NCBI RefSeq assembly: GCF_001194135.2
Contig: NC_068982.1
Coordinates: 33,157,965-33,200,241 of the forward strand
Direction of reading: 5' to 3'
Source of the DNA: Octopus bimaculoides
Lineage: Eukaryota
Length of the DNA: 42,277 nt
Positions within the stretch are counted from its first letter, which is position 1. Each line of letters starts with the position of its first letter. This document shows positions 11,257-22,647 of this stretch, piece after piece. The position numbers and the translations under genes were made by a program. A model generated the notes under the pieces. That model did no database searches. It was given only the letters and a program-made list of their open reading frames with translations, and was not told where the DNA came from.

Positions 11257-11673
11257 TTGTTGGAAAAATATCAACTAAATAACGAGATCAAAGAGAGGTT
11301 ATCTTCATTACTTAGGAAAATAAGCAGAGATGATAGAAAGAGAATCCAACAAGATCTAGAAAAGTCGTACATGGAAGAATTTGATATGGTGAAGACATGC
11401 CAGATTAAGAGGTTTATGAAACTCAAAGGTCAGAGAATGAAGACTGAAGTCCCTCACCCACTTGTGAAAGCAGTAAGTAATGTAAGTAGCTGACAACTAG
11501 AAAGCTCTGAAGAAGCAGTACTAAACAAAGGTCTCAACTTTGCGACAACCATCAAGCGCATTCCATACTTGGACATAATAGCCCCTATTGAACAGATAGC
11601 CGTAAAGATACCAAAAGCTCAGGGAGATGAACTAAGGTGGAAAGTGAGACAAGTACTGGAAAAAGCGAAACTA
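11257..11673 (+). pseudogene. PLE ORF N-terminal segment, inverted relative to RT-EN
   Basis: ...VSNVSS*QLESSEEAVLNKGLNFATTIKRIPYLDIIAPIEQ...LRWKVRQVLEKAKL matches the typical PLE pre-RT motif (NLS..L...E..VLSKGLNFA). Confidence 0.8.
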
Positions 11674-12315
11674 AGTTTTTTGTTACTTATCACCTAACGC
11701 ATGCACATAAGTGCAATTCTGTGAAATAATCACGCTTTTTTACGTGGCAGATATATGCAATTTAACTAAAGGTTGTATCATATGCACAGGATATTTTTTT
11801 TTCTGCTTATGGGAAAAATGGAAAAATAAGAATGAATACTTATTTTATGAGTGCTGTGTATTTAGTCTATAAAATTGTCCATAAAGCATATAAAATGTAT
11901 ATATAAAGTGCATTAAGTAATCATCGTATTCCAATTTCTTTCACTTTTCAATGAGTAGCAGATGAGCGACTATATTTCCATAGACATACTACAGGCTACA
12001 CTTCCAGGCTTTTTTGATAGAGTTTTCAGAAATAACCCAATACGTTTACAATTAATTCCATGAAATATTCACATGTTCCGCTAGTAATGAATAAATATGT
12101 TTAATGAGTTAGTCAGAGGAATAAATGCAGTGCCGAAAGCACTTTCAGACTTTCCCAGACTGGTAAAATAGATGTAGCTAACGTTCAGCTAAAACACCTC
12201 CAGCTCCAATTCTCAAGGGAAAATTTGGCCGAGAATTGAAAACTATAGGTATGCAATTTGGAGAACAAACAATATTTCTTGCAGGATCAAGAATTGTGTG
12301 TGTGTGTGTGTGTGT

Positions 12316-12508
12316 GTGGCCTAGCGGTTAGGGTGTTGTACTCATGAATACGAGACCGTGATTTCGAATCCCTGACCGGAGGTGCGTTGTGTTCTTATGC
12401 AAAACACATCTTTCAGTTGTTTTAGTTTACTCAGCTGAAACACAACGCATCGCCCGGTCCAGGAATTGAAACTACGATCTTACTATCAGCCAAATCAATA
12501 AGCCACTC
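12316..12508. mobile_element. Two SINE family C tRNA heads in inverted (tail-to-tail) orientation
   Basis: Plus strand gtggcctagcggttagg...gatttcgaatcc...gcgttgtgtt; minus-strand copy at 12440-12508 ...gtttcaattcctggaccgggcgatgcgttgtgtt. Confidence 0.75.
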
Positions 12509-12759
12509 GCTTCCACACATACACACAAACACACACGCACACACTTGCATATATGTACATATAACATATATATATATATATANNNNNNNNNNNNNNNNNN
12601 NNNNNNNNNNNNNNNNNNNNNNNNNNNNNNNNNNNNNNNNNNNNNNNNNNNNNNNNNNNNNNNNNNNNNNNNNNNNNNNNNNNNNNNNNNNNNNNNNNNN
12701 NNNNNNNNNNNNNNNNNNNNNNNNNNNNNNNNNNNNNTATATAGTCAATCCTAACATGA

Positions 12760-13015
12760 AGTAAGAAAAAACAGCAACGTGAGGACGTGGAATAAGTACA
12801 GTGTTATTGGACGCTCAGGAAAGGAAAGAAAAGAAAGAGGATTTCACGTTTCGAGCTGAGCTCTTCATCAGAAATATAGAAAAAGTCCAAAGAAGGGAAG
12901 ACAGAGAAAGAAAATCGCCAACGATACACACGCGGTCACATATTGAACTGACCAGAAGGGAATGGGTGAAGAAAAAGTTCTTTCAAAGACAGGAGAGTGC
13001 AAGAGAAGAAGGTAT
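12760..13015 (-). mobile_element. Short hammerhead-containing element between microsatellites (PLE pLTR-like)
   Basis: Contains the HHR at 12841-12875, has purine/pyrimidine-skewed flanks, and lies between (AT)n and (GT)n tracts. Boundaries are approximate. Confidence 0.55.
12841..12875 (-). ncRNA. Minimal type I hammerhead ribozyme with G at position 17
   Basis: ATTT-CTGATGA-A-GAGC-tca-GCTC-GAAA-CG-T-G-AAAT. Core and stems I-III are all consistent, but the cleavage triplet is GUG rather than NUH. Confidence 0.75.
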
Positions 13016-13080
13016 GTGTGTGCATGTGTGGGTATGTGCGTGTGTGCAAGTCTGTGTGTGTGTGTTTGTGTGTGTGTGTT

Positions 13081-13124
<44 letters not shown>

Positions 13125-13364
13125 GATAGCACGTGTATGTGCGTGTGTGTGTGTGTGTGTGGTTGTGGCTGTTTATGTATGTGTATGGTTGGACTTAGTA
13201 TTGTTTAAGGTCATAGGAAGAATATATAGTAAGAACATATATATATTTATATATACATGCATAAATAAATGCACGCATATAATATATATATATACACAGC
13301 CTCGCACACACAGAAGTACACGGCATGTGTAAGTAGATACAAATATATGTGTACATATGGGTGC

Positions 13365-13432
<68 letters not shown>
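12995..13432. repeat. (GT)n-rich microsatellite field
   Basis: Visible runs up to the gap. Confidence 0.95.
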
Positions 13433-14690
13433 NNNNNNNNNNNNNNNNNNNNNNNNNNNNNNNNNNNNNNNNNNNNNNNNNNNNNNNNNNNNNNNNNNNN
13501 NNNNNNNNNNNNNNNNNNNNNNNNNNNNNNNNNNNNNNNNNNNNNNNNNNNNNNNNNNNNNNNNNNNNNNNNNNNNNNNNNNNNNNNNNNNNNNNNNNNN
13601 NNNNNNNNNNNNNNNNNNNNNNNNNNNNNNNNNNNNNNNNNNNNNNNNNNNNNNNNNNNNNNNNNNNNNNNNNNNNNNNNNNNNNNNNNNNNNNNNNNNN
13701 NNNNNNNNNNNNNNNNNNNNNNNNNNNNNNNNNNNNNNNNNNNNNNNNNNNNNNNNNNNNNNNNNNNNNNNNNNNNNNNNNNNNNNNNNNNNNNNNNNNN
13801 NNNNNNNNNNNNNNNNNNNNNNNNNNNNNNNNNNNNNNNNNNNNNNNNNNNNNNNNNNNNNNNNNNNNNNNNNNNNNNNNNNNNNNNNNNNNNNNNNNNN
13901 NNNNNNNNNNNNNNNNNNNNNNNNNNNNNNNNNNNNNNNNNNNNNNNNNNNNNNNNNNNNNNNNNNNNNNNNNNNNNNNNNNNNNNNNNNNNNNNNNNNN
14001 NNNNNNNNNNNNNNNNNNNNNNNNNNNNNNNNNNNNNNNNNNNNNNNNNNNNNNNNNNNNNNNNNNNNNNNNNNNNNNNNNNNNNNNNNNNNNNNNNNNN
14101 NNNNNNNNNNNNNNNNNNNNNNNNNNNNNNNNNNNNNNNNNNNNNNAACTAACCTGACTGACCTAAGCTTTATCGTTCTTAAACACCCTATTTGCTGATA
14201 TATCCAGCTTGCTTATCTTTCTTCAACATAGATTTTACATTTGCTTTTTGTTTTTGTTATTTTGGGGGGGGGGGTAATTTTAGGAGTTTCGTTTCGGCTG
14301 GCAAAATGCGAAGAGAACTGACCTACTGGGCAAATATAACTTAGCTGTCGCTAAAAATGGACTCTAAATTGCCGATATTAATTATTAACGCCTCAGTCTA
14401 CTTGGCCTTCAACGAGATTTTATTCACCGTTGGTGCAACTGAAGTAACATAATTATTTTTTCCTTGTTTCGCTCTTGATCAACTCTGCTTGAGCAGAACG
14501 ATGATTGACGACTTTCCATTTGTGACTATCTCGTTTTTTATTCACGCAGAGAGTGTATATCTATGCATGTATACGTTTGTATGTGTGTATGTGTATCTAT
14601 GACTATTTCATCCAATGTGTTCTTTTTTTTGTTTTGTTTAAGGCGGTTTGTTGTTATATAAAAGAGATCTGGCTAATATTTCGACGAAGT

Positions 14691-14900
14691 AAGGCAGCGA
14701 GCTGGCAGGGTCGTTAGGACTCCGAGCAAAAAGCATTTCGTCCGTCTTTACGTTCTTAGTTCAAATTCCACCGAGGTTGATTTTGCCTTTCAACCTCTCA
14801 GAGTCGATAAAATAAGTACCAGCTGAGCACTGGGGTCGATGTAATCGACTATCTCCATCCCACAAAATATCAGGTCTTGTCTCTATAGAAGAAAGAGATA
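14691..14900 (+). mobile_element. SINE family B
   Basis: aaggcagcgagctggcagggtcgttagg...agttcaaattcc...gtcgataaaataagtaccag...ctggggtcgatgtaatcgact. Confidence 0.9.
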
Positions 14901-15074
14901 TTTCTAAGGAATCAAGCGATCATGCAGGAGCTCAATCGATGGCTCCTGGATTGTTTTAAATCGCTTCCTTTCAATAACACGAAACTAAACTAAGTCATTC
15001 ATTTTTAAAATATGTTTACTGCCCATTAAGCAGCTGAAATTGTACATGTAACAGAGCATTTTAGCTGTTGTAAT

Positions 15075-15705
15075 TGTAGGGCATGTGACAGTGCATTGAA
15101 CAAATGAAACTGTAGAACATGTAGTTGGACACTAGACAGATTAAGGTATGTGACAGATCATTGAACAGATATAACATCAGTGCTTGTGACTGAGAATTGA
15201 AGAGCGGAAACTCTAAAACAGTGGTGATGAATCATTTTTTTACCCATGGGCCTCTTTGATTACTATTTTACTCTCGTGGACCCCCGTAGTCATTTGATGT
15301 TTAAAAACTAGTTATATAGATACTTATCAAATTTCCTTTTTCTTTTTTTTTTTTTTTTTTCACATATTCACTTGTACACGTTTGCACTAGCACTGTCTGA
15401 GAAAACATGTTTCAGTGGCTCAGAGCTTGTTGAATTATGTAAGACTGTTAGAGGAGGAAACCTTTCTGTTTCTTGCAGTTAGCATACCTAAAGAAAACTT
15501 TTCCTGTGGACCCTTAAAATACTACCGAGGACCCCCAATTTACAATTTTGGTGGCATGGACTCCAAAAATGTTATATGCACCCTTCTCCCACTTAGGGTT
15601 CATACGTACACTGATGAAAACCACTGCAGTAGAACATGTGTCAAAACATTGAACAGATTTAAAACATGTGAGAGTACGTGACAGACAATTGAACAGATAA
15701 AGGTG
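15075..15705. repeat. Degenerate minisatellite (gtgacaga..cattgaacagat / gaaactgtagaacatg units) interrupted by a MITE
   Basis: ttgaacagat-type motifs recur on both sides of 15219-15626. Confidence 0.6.
15219..15626. mobile_element. hAT (Charlie/Buster-like) MITE
   Basis: Termini cagtggtgatgaatc ... gatgaaaaccactg with subterminal ggacccc motifs. The flanks ctctaaaa/cagtagaa form a decayed 8-bp TSD. Confidence 0.7.
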
Positions 15706-15969
15706 TAAAACAAGACAAATTACCAGTAAGTTTTGGAGGCCGCTACATAATCGTTCGAGATGCAGGAAATAGTCAAATTCACTTCAAGCTACCCCATGCC
15801 ATCTTAAATGTGGGAGGATATAATAGCTACAATGTTTCAAAATAAGGTGGCTAGATCATGGTCAACGTGATAGAAGCCTGGTTGGGATTAAAGAATAACA
15901 TCGACGACAAAGCACTATTAATGATTTCTGACATAAACACAAGGCTAAAAATTTTGAAGAGAGGAAACT

Positions 15970-16191
15970 AGTCGATACCATCGAACCCAGTACTTGATTG
16001 GTAGTTTGCTTTATTAATCCCGGATGGGAGACAGTCAATGTTGACCACAGCGGCAATTGAACTCGGAATGTTAAGATTTGGAACAAATACTGCAAGACAT
16101 TTTGACCTTCAAAAGGAGTAATAATTTCTTCTACCATAGGCACAAAGGCTGAAATTCTTGAGGGGGGGGGGGCTAGTCGATTACATCGACC
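15970..16191 (-). mobile_element. SINE family B fragments (two), running into a gap
   Basis: gtcgataccatcgaacccagtac...ttgaactcgg and ggcacaaaggctgaaatt...ctagtcgattacatcgacc. Confidence 0.7.
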
Positions 16192-16702
16192 NNNNNNNNN
16201 NNNNNNNNNNNNNNNNNNNNNNNNNNNNNNNNNNNNNNNNNNNNNNNNNNNNNNNNNNNNNNNNNNNNNNNNNNNNNNNNNNNNNNNNNNNNNNNNNNNN
16301 NNNNNNNNNNNNNNNNNNNNNNNNNNNNNNNNNNNNNNNNNNNNNNNNNNNNNNNNNNNNNNNNNNNNNNNNNNNNNNNNNNNNNNNNNNNNNNNNNNNN
16401 NNNNNNNNNNNNNNNNNNNNNNNNNNNNNNNNNNNNNNNNNNNNNNNNNNNNNNNNNNNNNNNNNNNNNNNNNNNNNNNNNNNNNNNNNNNNNNNNNNNN
16501 NNNNNNNNNNNNNNNNNNNNNNNNNNNNNNNNNNNNNNNNNNNNNNNNNNNNNNNNNNNNNNNNNNNNNNNNNNNNNNNNNNNNNNNNNNNNNNNNNNNN
16601 NNNNNNNNNNNNNNNNNNNNNNNNNNNNNNNNNNNNNNNNNNNNNNNNNNNNNNNNNNNNNNNNNNNNNNNNNNNNNNNNNNNNNNNNNNNNNNNNNNNN
16701 NN

Positions 16703-16728
16703 TCTCTCTCTCTCTCTCTCTCTCTCTC

Positions 16729-16765
<37 letters not shown>

Positions 16766-16880
16766 AACACAGACATACACAGACACACACATGCGCGAGC
16801 GCATAGAGAGAGAGAGAGAGAGAAAGAGAAAGATATAGAGAGAAAGAGATAGAGAGAAAGAGAGAAAGATAAAGAGAGAG
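16703..16880. repeat. Compound (TC)n/(CA)n/(GA)n microsatellite
   Basis: Visible runs. Confidence 0.95.
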
Positions 16881-17146
16881 AGAAGACCGTCTAAGTATCA
16901 TACTTAATGTATAAACACTAGCGATAAGCCATTCACTGCGGTATATGCCTTGGTATAACATCTTTTATGGGCGTGCTGTATTAAAACACAACGAATATTG
17001 GAGCGACACGAAAATACGCCCTAGTAGCGGCCTGCAAGAAAACCAGGTGTATTTGGGCCTTTTGGAGGCCTGCGGACAAGTACCACAGTAATAAGCCTAT
17101 AAACAGTGTATATACATTATTAATTATACAGTATTATTAAATATTA

Positions 17147-17350
17147 GAGGTGGCAAACTGGCGGAACTTAACTGCACCGGACAAATACTTAGCGGCATTT
17201 CTTCCGACTTTACGTTCTGATTTCAAATGCCGCTGCCTTTGCCTTTAATTTTTTTCAGAGTCGATAAAATAAATACCAGTTGAGTGCTGGGGTCTATGTA
17301 AACAACTTCCCACGCCTCAAATTTGCCGGACTTGTGCCGAAATAAAAAGG
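17147..17350 (+). mobile_element. SINE family B
   Basis: gaggtggcaaactggcgg...cttagcggcatttc...gtcgataaaataaataccagttgagtgctggggtc. Confidence 0.85.
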
Positions 17351-17422
17351 AATTATCAAGTATTAGTGATGGTTATTTTAATTTCATACTACTCCAATTG
17401 CGTGTACCGGATTCTTATTCAG

Positions 17423-17612
17423 CTATTCGCAGCATCAGTGAATGTTTTATTCACTGTTTCATATATCAGAGGCGACGAATTCTCGTTCGAGCATCTGAGT
17501 GGTTACGACTACACGCCATTGAAAAGGCCCAGAGAGGCCGCAATGAATTAGACGCTTTCGACGGCGGTTACTTCGATGAATTTACGCCTCCATATGATAA
17601 TTTAGTAGCGCA
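17423..17612 (+). CDS. Candidate host exon, product unknown
   Basis: Non-repetitive, CpG-richer segment with acceptor ttcttattcag (alternative atatcag at 17469) and donor CA|GTAAGT. One frame is open throughout (IRSISECF...ELDAFDGGYFDEFTPPYDNLVA). No homology recognised. Confidence 0.3.
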
Positions 17613-17835
17613 GTAAGTCTATTTTAGCCCAGCAAATCTATAAGAGATGTTATATCAGAACAAATAGCGCAATAACTTGCCTATCAACAATGTATATGCA
17701 TTATATTACATAGATGGCTATTTTAATATAATACTGTCTTATTTTGTATCTATACTTACATATATATTCGCGTTTGTCGTAGTTTTCAAGTGTTTGTGAT
17801 TCTGTGCGTGTGATTTTGTATACGTGAAGTATGAG

Positions 17836-17876
<41 letters not shown>

Positions 17877-18914
17877 ACATGCAAACTTGAATAAATGTCA
17901 GCGATTTTGCCAACAATAAGTCCATCTTGTCGAAAGAATTTGTATTGCCATTTGCTTTCCACGTCCGCATTTCTCGACATTAAAAATGTGCAAGTGCTTG
18001 GGGAAGCACCAAGACAGCAAGAGGAGTATTAAATGGATTCATAAGGTCTATTAATAATTCAGGTTAATACTGCATGAATAGCATCAATCGCATTCAACTC
18101 TAACAGCTGCAATTTTAAGTGCAGGCAGTTGTTAGAGCGATACTGTATCTAAGAGCAGAAGTATACGGTATCAAGCGATATTATCACAAGCGCAAAACCC
18201 ATTAAAAACCGCGGCTTGGAGATTATCAAATATATCATTAATTCGTTTCATGTTGCTAGTGCTGTAGTTGTTGTTGTTTTTGGTAGTGGCGGCGATGGTC
18301 GTTGTGCTGGTGGTAGTGGTGGTGCTGCTGGTGGTGCTGATTCTATTGCTAAGGGTGTAGTTAGTAAGATCGTTATTATTATTGTATATGTTATAGCCGC
18401 TATTTTGGCTTCAATTAATGTTACACTGCAGGTTCTTTTATGATGTTCCCTCCACTAAACAACGTTATTAAACTTGCTGTTGTTTCTGTTGACAAAATTT
18501 ATGCTGTTCTCAAACACTGCTAACATTAGTACTAGTTTTGCTGTCGCTGCTGGCATTGTTATTGTTGCTGATGTTTTTGTTGTTGTTGTTGTGGTTGTTG
18601 TATAGAAATAAGTCAGATCTGATCGAGCACACCGACGACCAAAAGCGTCCCAGAACGCGGCCATCTGATCCTTTTCCATATCCGAACCATTATTATTCAA
18701 TGTATCCGTCTTTAAGACGCGTAATTTGAAACAGATGTGGCTGCTATTTCTGTTAAGGCAAACGACAGTGTAGAGGCTCCTTCGTTTGGCTTGACTGAGC
18801 TCCACCGACTGAGCTGCTCGCACAAGTCAGATAATAAAGCCAAGCCCTATTCCATGGGCCCTTTACATATCTGAGAAGATTGGAATGAAAAAAAACATAT
18901 GTGCAAGTATGTCT

Positions 18915-19272
18915 ATTTGCTTCCCAACCAAATGGTTCCAGGTTTTGTCCCACTGCGTGGCACTTTGAGCTAGTATCTTCTACTATAACCCCGATCCGAC
19001 CAAGGCCTTGTGAGTGGATTTGGCAGACGAAAACTGAAAGAAGCGTGTCATGTATATGGTGTGTGTGTGAGTGTGTATGTTTGTGAGTGTTGAGTGTGTG
19101 GGGGTGCGTGTGTGTGTTTGTGTCTATGTGTTTCTTCCCTCCGCCACTTGACAACTGACGTTGGTTTGTTTACTTCCCGAGAAAAAAGACCGATAGAATA
19201 AGTACCAGGCTTTAAAAAAACATAGTAAATACTGGGGTCGGTTTGTTTGACTAAACCCTTCAAGGTGGTACG
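18915..19272 (+). mobile_element. SINE family A, near full length
   Basis: tttgcttcccaacc...gccttgtgagtggatttggcagacg...(GT)n...gatagaataagtaccaggcttt...ctggggtcgg. Confidence 0.9.
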
Positions 19273-19274
19273 CA

Positions 19275-19472
19275 AGCAATTTGAGAGGGGGTGCTTAGAG
19301 AAAGGGATTACATCGACCTCAGTGCTCAATTGGTACTTATTTTATCAGCTCTGAAAGGGATGAAAGTTAAAGTCGACATCGGCGGGATTTGAACTCAGAA
19401 CGTAAAGAATATTGAAATACCGCTAAGCATTCTCCCTGACAAGCTAGCGACTCTATCAACTCGCCGCCTTTC
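19275..19472 (-). mobile_element. SINE family B
   Basis: gattacatcgacctcagtgctcaattggtacttattttatc...tttgaactcagaacgtaaag...ctcgccgccttt. Confidence 0.85.
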
Positions 19473-19489
19473 GGTCAACTTCAATATTA

Positions 19490-19640
19490 ACTGTATCTGA
19501 GTTCAAATCCTGGAGTGATTATCTTTGCCTTTCATTCTTCCTAGGGTCGATACAACAAAGTCCCAGTCAAATATTGGTGTTAATATAATCGATTATACCC
19601 CTCCCCGAAAATACTTAGCCTCATAACCTAAAGAAAAAAA
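19490..19640 (+). mobile_element. SINE family B, 5'-truncated, head-to-head with the previous copy
   Basis: tctgagttcaaatcc...tttgcctttcattc...gggtcgata...aatcgattatacccc. Confidence 0.7.
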
Positions 19641-20899
19641 ATCAAATCTAGCTTCAATCCTTTCTTATTCCAAAAATTCATAAAAAGAATAGTGTATCTC
19701 AAGGTAAGATATTTTTGTATTATTCCCTCCCTAGATTTGATTAAATTCAATAAACAATGAAATCTAATTAACTAAGTGTACTTTGTCTTGGTTACAGGTA
19801 TGCAGTACTCATCAGACAGTTTTGATACTTACTTGTGTGTAAAAACATATATATCTGTGTGTATGCATTTATGTATGTATGTGTTTATCAATGCATAAAT
19901 CTGTATGTGTTTGTATATATAAATATATGTATGTATATGTAAATGTATATCTACACTTACATACATACATACATATATATAATAATAAATAATACATATA
20001 TTCGTTGTGTATTCAAAGCAATGATTAGTAATATTACGAAACCGGTATGCTTTTGAATCTCATTAACAACCCACAATAATGACTTTTATTACCTTTATTC
20101 CTACCTCAGTTCATCTAATTGTATATATCTATCGTTACTTTTCATAAAAAGCCTTTACTTTTTTTGATTTCCAACGTGCATTTTCGCTTATTTTTCTGCT
20201 TACTTTCCCCTTACATTTCCACGTGTAGTTTCTATTTTGTTTTTGTACCATATTTCTATTATATATATATATATATATATNNNNNNNNNNNNNNNNNNNN
20301 NNNNNNNNNNNNNNNNNNNNNNNNNNNNNNNNNNNNNNNNNNNNNNNNNNNNNNNNNNNNNNNNNNNNNNNNNNNNNNNNNNNNNNNNNNNNNNNNNNNN
20401 NNNNNNNNNNNNNNNNNNNNNNNNNNNNNNNNNNNNNNNNNNNNNNNNNNNNNNNNNNNNNNNNNNNNNNNNNNNNNNNNNNNNNNNNNNNNNNNNNNNN
20501 NNNNNNNNNNNNNNNNNNNNNNNNNNNNNNNNNNNNNNNNNNNNNNNNNNNNNNNNNNNNNNNNNNNNNNNNNNNNNNNNNNNNNNNNNNNNNNNNNNNN
20601 NNNNNNNNNNNNNNNNNNNNNNNNNNNNNNNNNNNNNNNNNNNNNNNNNNNNNNNNNNNNNNNNNNNNNNNNNNNNNNNNNNNNNNNNNNNNNNNNNNNN
20701 NNNNNNNNNNNNNNNNNNNNNNNNNNNNNNNNNNNNNNNNNNNNNNNNNNNNNNNNNNNNNNNNNNNNNNNNNNNNNNNNNNNNNNNNNNNNNNNNNNNN
20801 NNNNNNNNNNNNNNNNNNNNNNNNNNNNNNNNNNNNNNNNNNNNNNNNNNNNNNNNNNNNNNNNNNNNNNNNNNNNNNNNNNNNNNNNNNNNNNNNNNN

Positions 20900-20966
20900 T
20901 CATCTAAATATAAAGATGTGTTCCATTATCACCTCGTTACAGTGAGTAATGAAGAATCCTCCACCA

Positions 20967-21000
<34 letters not shown>

Positions 21001-21067
21001 TGGTGGAGGATTCTTCATTACTCACTGTAACGAGGTGATAATGGAACACATCTTTATATTTAGATGA
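20900..21067. repeat. Perfect 168-bp palindrome centred on (AT)n at a contig edge
   Basis: 20900-20983 is the exact reverse complement of 20984-21067 and begins at the first base after an N-gap. Confidence 0.9.
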
Positions 21068-21650
21068 ATCGCGTATCTGATGAGACACGGGATTCTAAAA
21101 TACTTTTATGGTGTAAATCTATGTCTCATCAACAGAAGATATTACCAATAGATCTTATTATTTATTTCGCCGATTATTCAAGAGTATAACGAATAATTTA
21201 CAAGAAAATTAGAAGAAATTTAGAAATTACCCTAGAAAATAAAGAAATTCAAAGTAGAAAAAAGCGAAGTTAAAGAGAAACGATAAAGAAGATTTGTTTG
21301 TTATTCGCTAAAATCAATATATTTTCGAACAAACACATCGATAATATGCATGTACTTTAAGAGTTCTCTTACCAAAGTACTACACTAGCTGCAACGTAAG
21401 AGCTAGTGAGATATCTTACAAGAGTGAGCAAAACATCATTCAATGACATTCCAGCCATGAACATCCCACTTATTTTACAAGCATAGCATTGCCTGGGTTA
21501 GACAACAGATTTGGGTGTACAATGTTGTCTCGTAGATCGTACGAAGATATACTATAATATGGATATATAGATGTATCTATGTGAGTACATATATAGATAT
21601 GTGTGTATGTGTGTATATGCCCGCATATACTTACATATATTTGTATATAA

Positions 21651-21691
<41 letters not shown>

Positions 21692-22399
21692 NNNNNNNNN
21701 NNNNNNNNNNNNNNNNNNNNNNNNNNNNNNNNNNNNNNNNNNNNNNNNNNNNNNNNNNNNNNNNNNNNNNNNNNNNNNNNNNNNNNNNNNNNNNNNNNNN
21801 NNNNNNNNNNNNNNNNNNNNNNNNNNNNNNNNNNNNNNNNNNNNNNNNNNNNNNNNNNNNNNNNNNNNNNNNNNNNNNNNNNNNNNNNNNNNNNNNNNNN
21901 NNNNNNNNNNNNNNNNNNNNNNNNNNNNNNNNNNNNNNNNNNNNNNNNNNNNNNNNNNNNNNNNNNNNNNNNNNNNNNNNNNNNNNNNNNNNNNNNNNNN
22001 NNNNNNNNNNNNNNNNNNNNNNNNNNNNNNNNNNNNNNNNNNNNNNNNNNNNNNNNNNNNNNNNNNNNNNNNNNNNNNNNNNNNNNNNNNNNNNNNNNNN
22101 NNNNNNNNNNNNNNNNNNNNNNNNNNNNNNNNNNNNNNNNNNNNNNNNNNNNNNNNNNNNNNNNNNNNNNNNNNNNNNNNNNNNNNNNNNNNNNNNNNNN
22201 NNNNNNNNNNNNNNNNNNNNNNNNNNNNNNNNNGTGTGTGTGTGTGTGTTTACGTATACACATACATGCATACATACGTAACATACACATGTACGTACGT
22301 GAGTGCATATATATAATTGAAAAACGATCTTCAATTCATATATTCCCCCTCTGACAATTATTTTTCATGTTTTAAATTATATACTTTAGATATTACTTC

Positions 22400-22408
22400 C
22401 GCATGACA

Positions 22409-22443
<35 letters not shown>

Positions 22444-22467
22444 TGTATATATAATATACATACATTT

Positions 22468-22501
<34 letters not shown>

Positions 22502-22616
22502 TCATATATATATGTGCTTTTGTCTCTGTGTGTGTGTACATATACACATATACACATGCGTATACCCAAAGATATATACACACACACATACACACACACC
22601 TATTTATACACCTTAC

Positions 22617-22647
<31 letters not shown>

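Larger units (their letters stand above)
10205..11673 (-). mobile_element. Penelope-like element (Penelope/Poseidon-type), truncated and internally inverted
   Basis: Minus strand carries the RT C-terminus QLAFFDVLITRTKYGFRTSVYRKPTFTGQYLNFNSHHP (about 11120-11234), the linker TVCLPYVKGLS, a GIY-YIG domain and an HHR. Plus strand 11257-11673 carries the PLE N-terminal region with VLNKGLNFA. Confidence 0.9.

Noticed and set aside
18216-18620. Gly/Val-rich and poly-Thr/Leu ORFs
   Set aside because: Degenerate (GGT)/(GTT)/(ATT) trinucleotide repeats.
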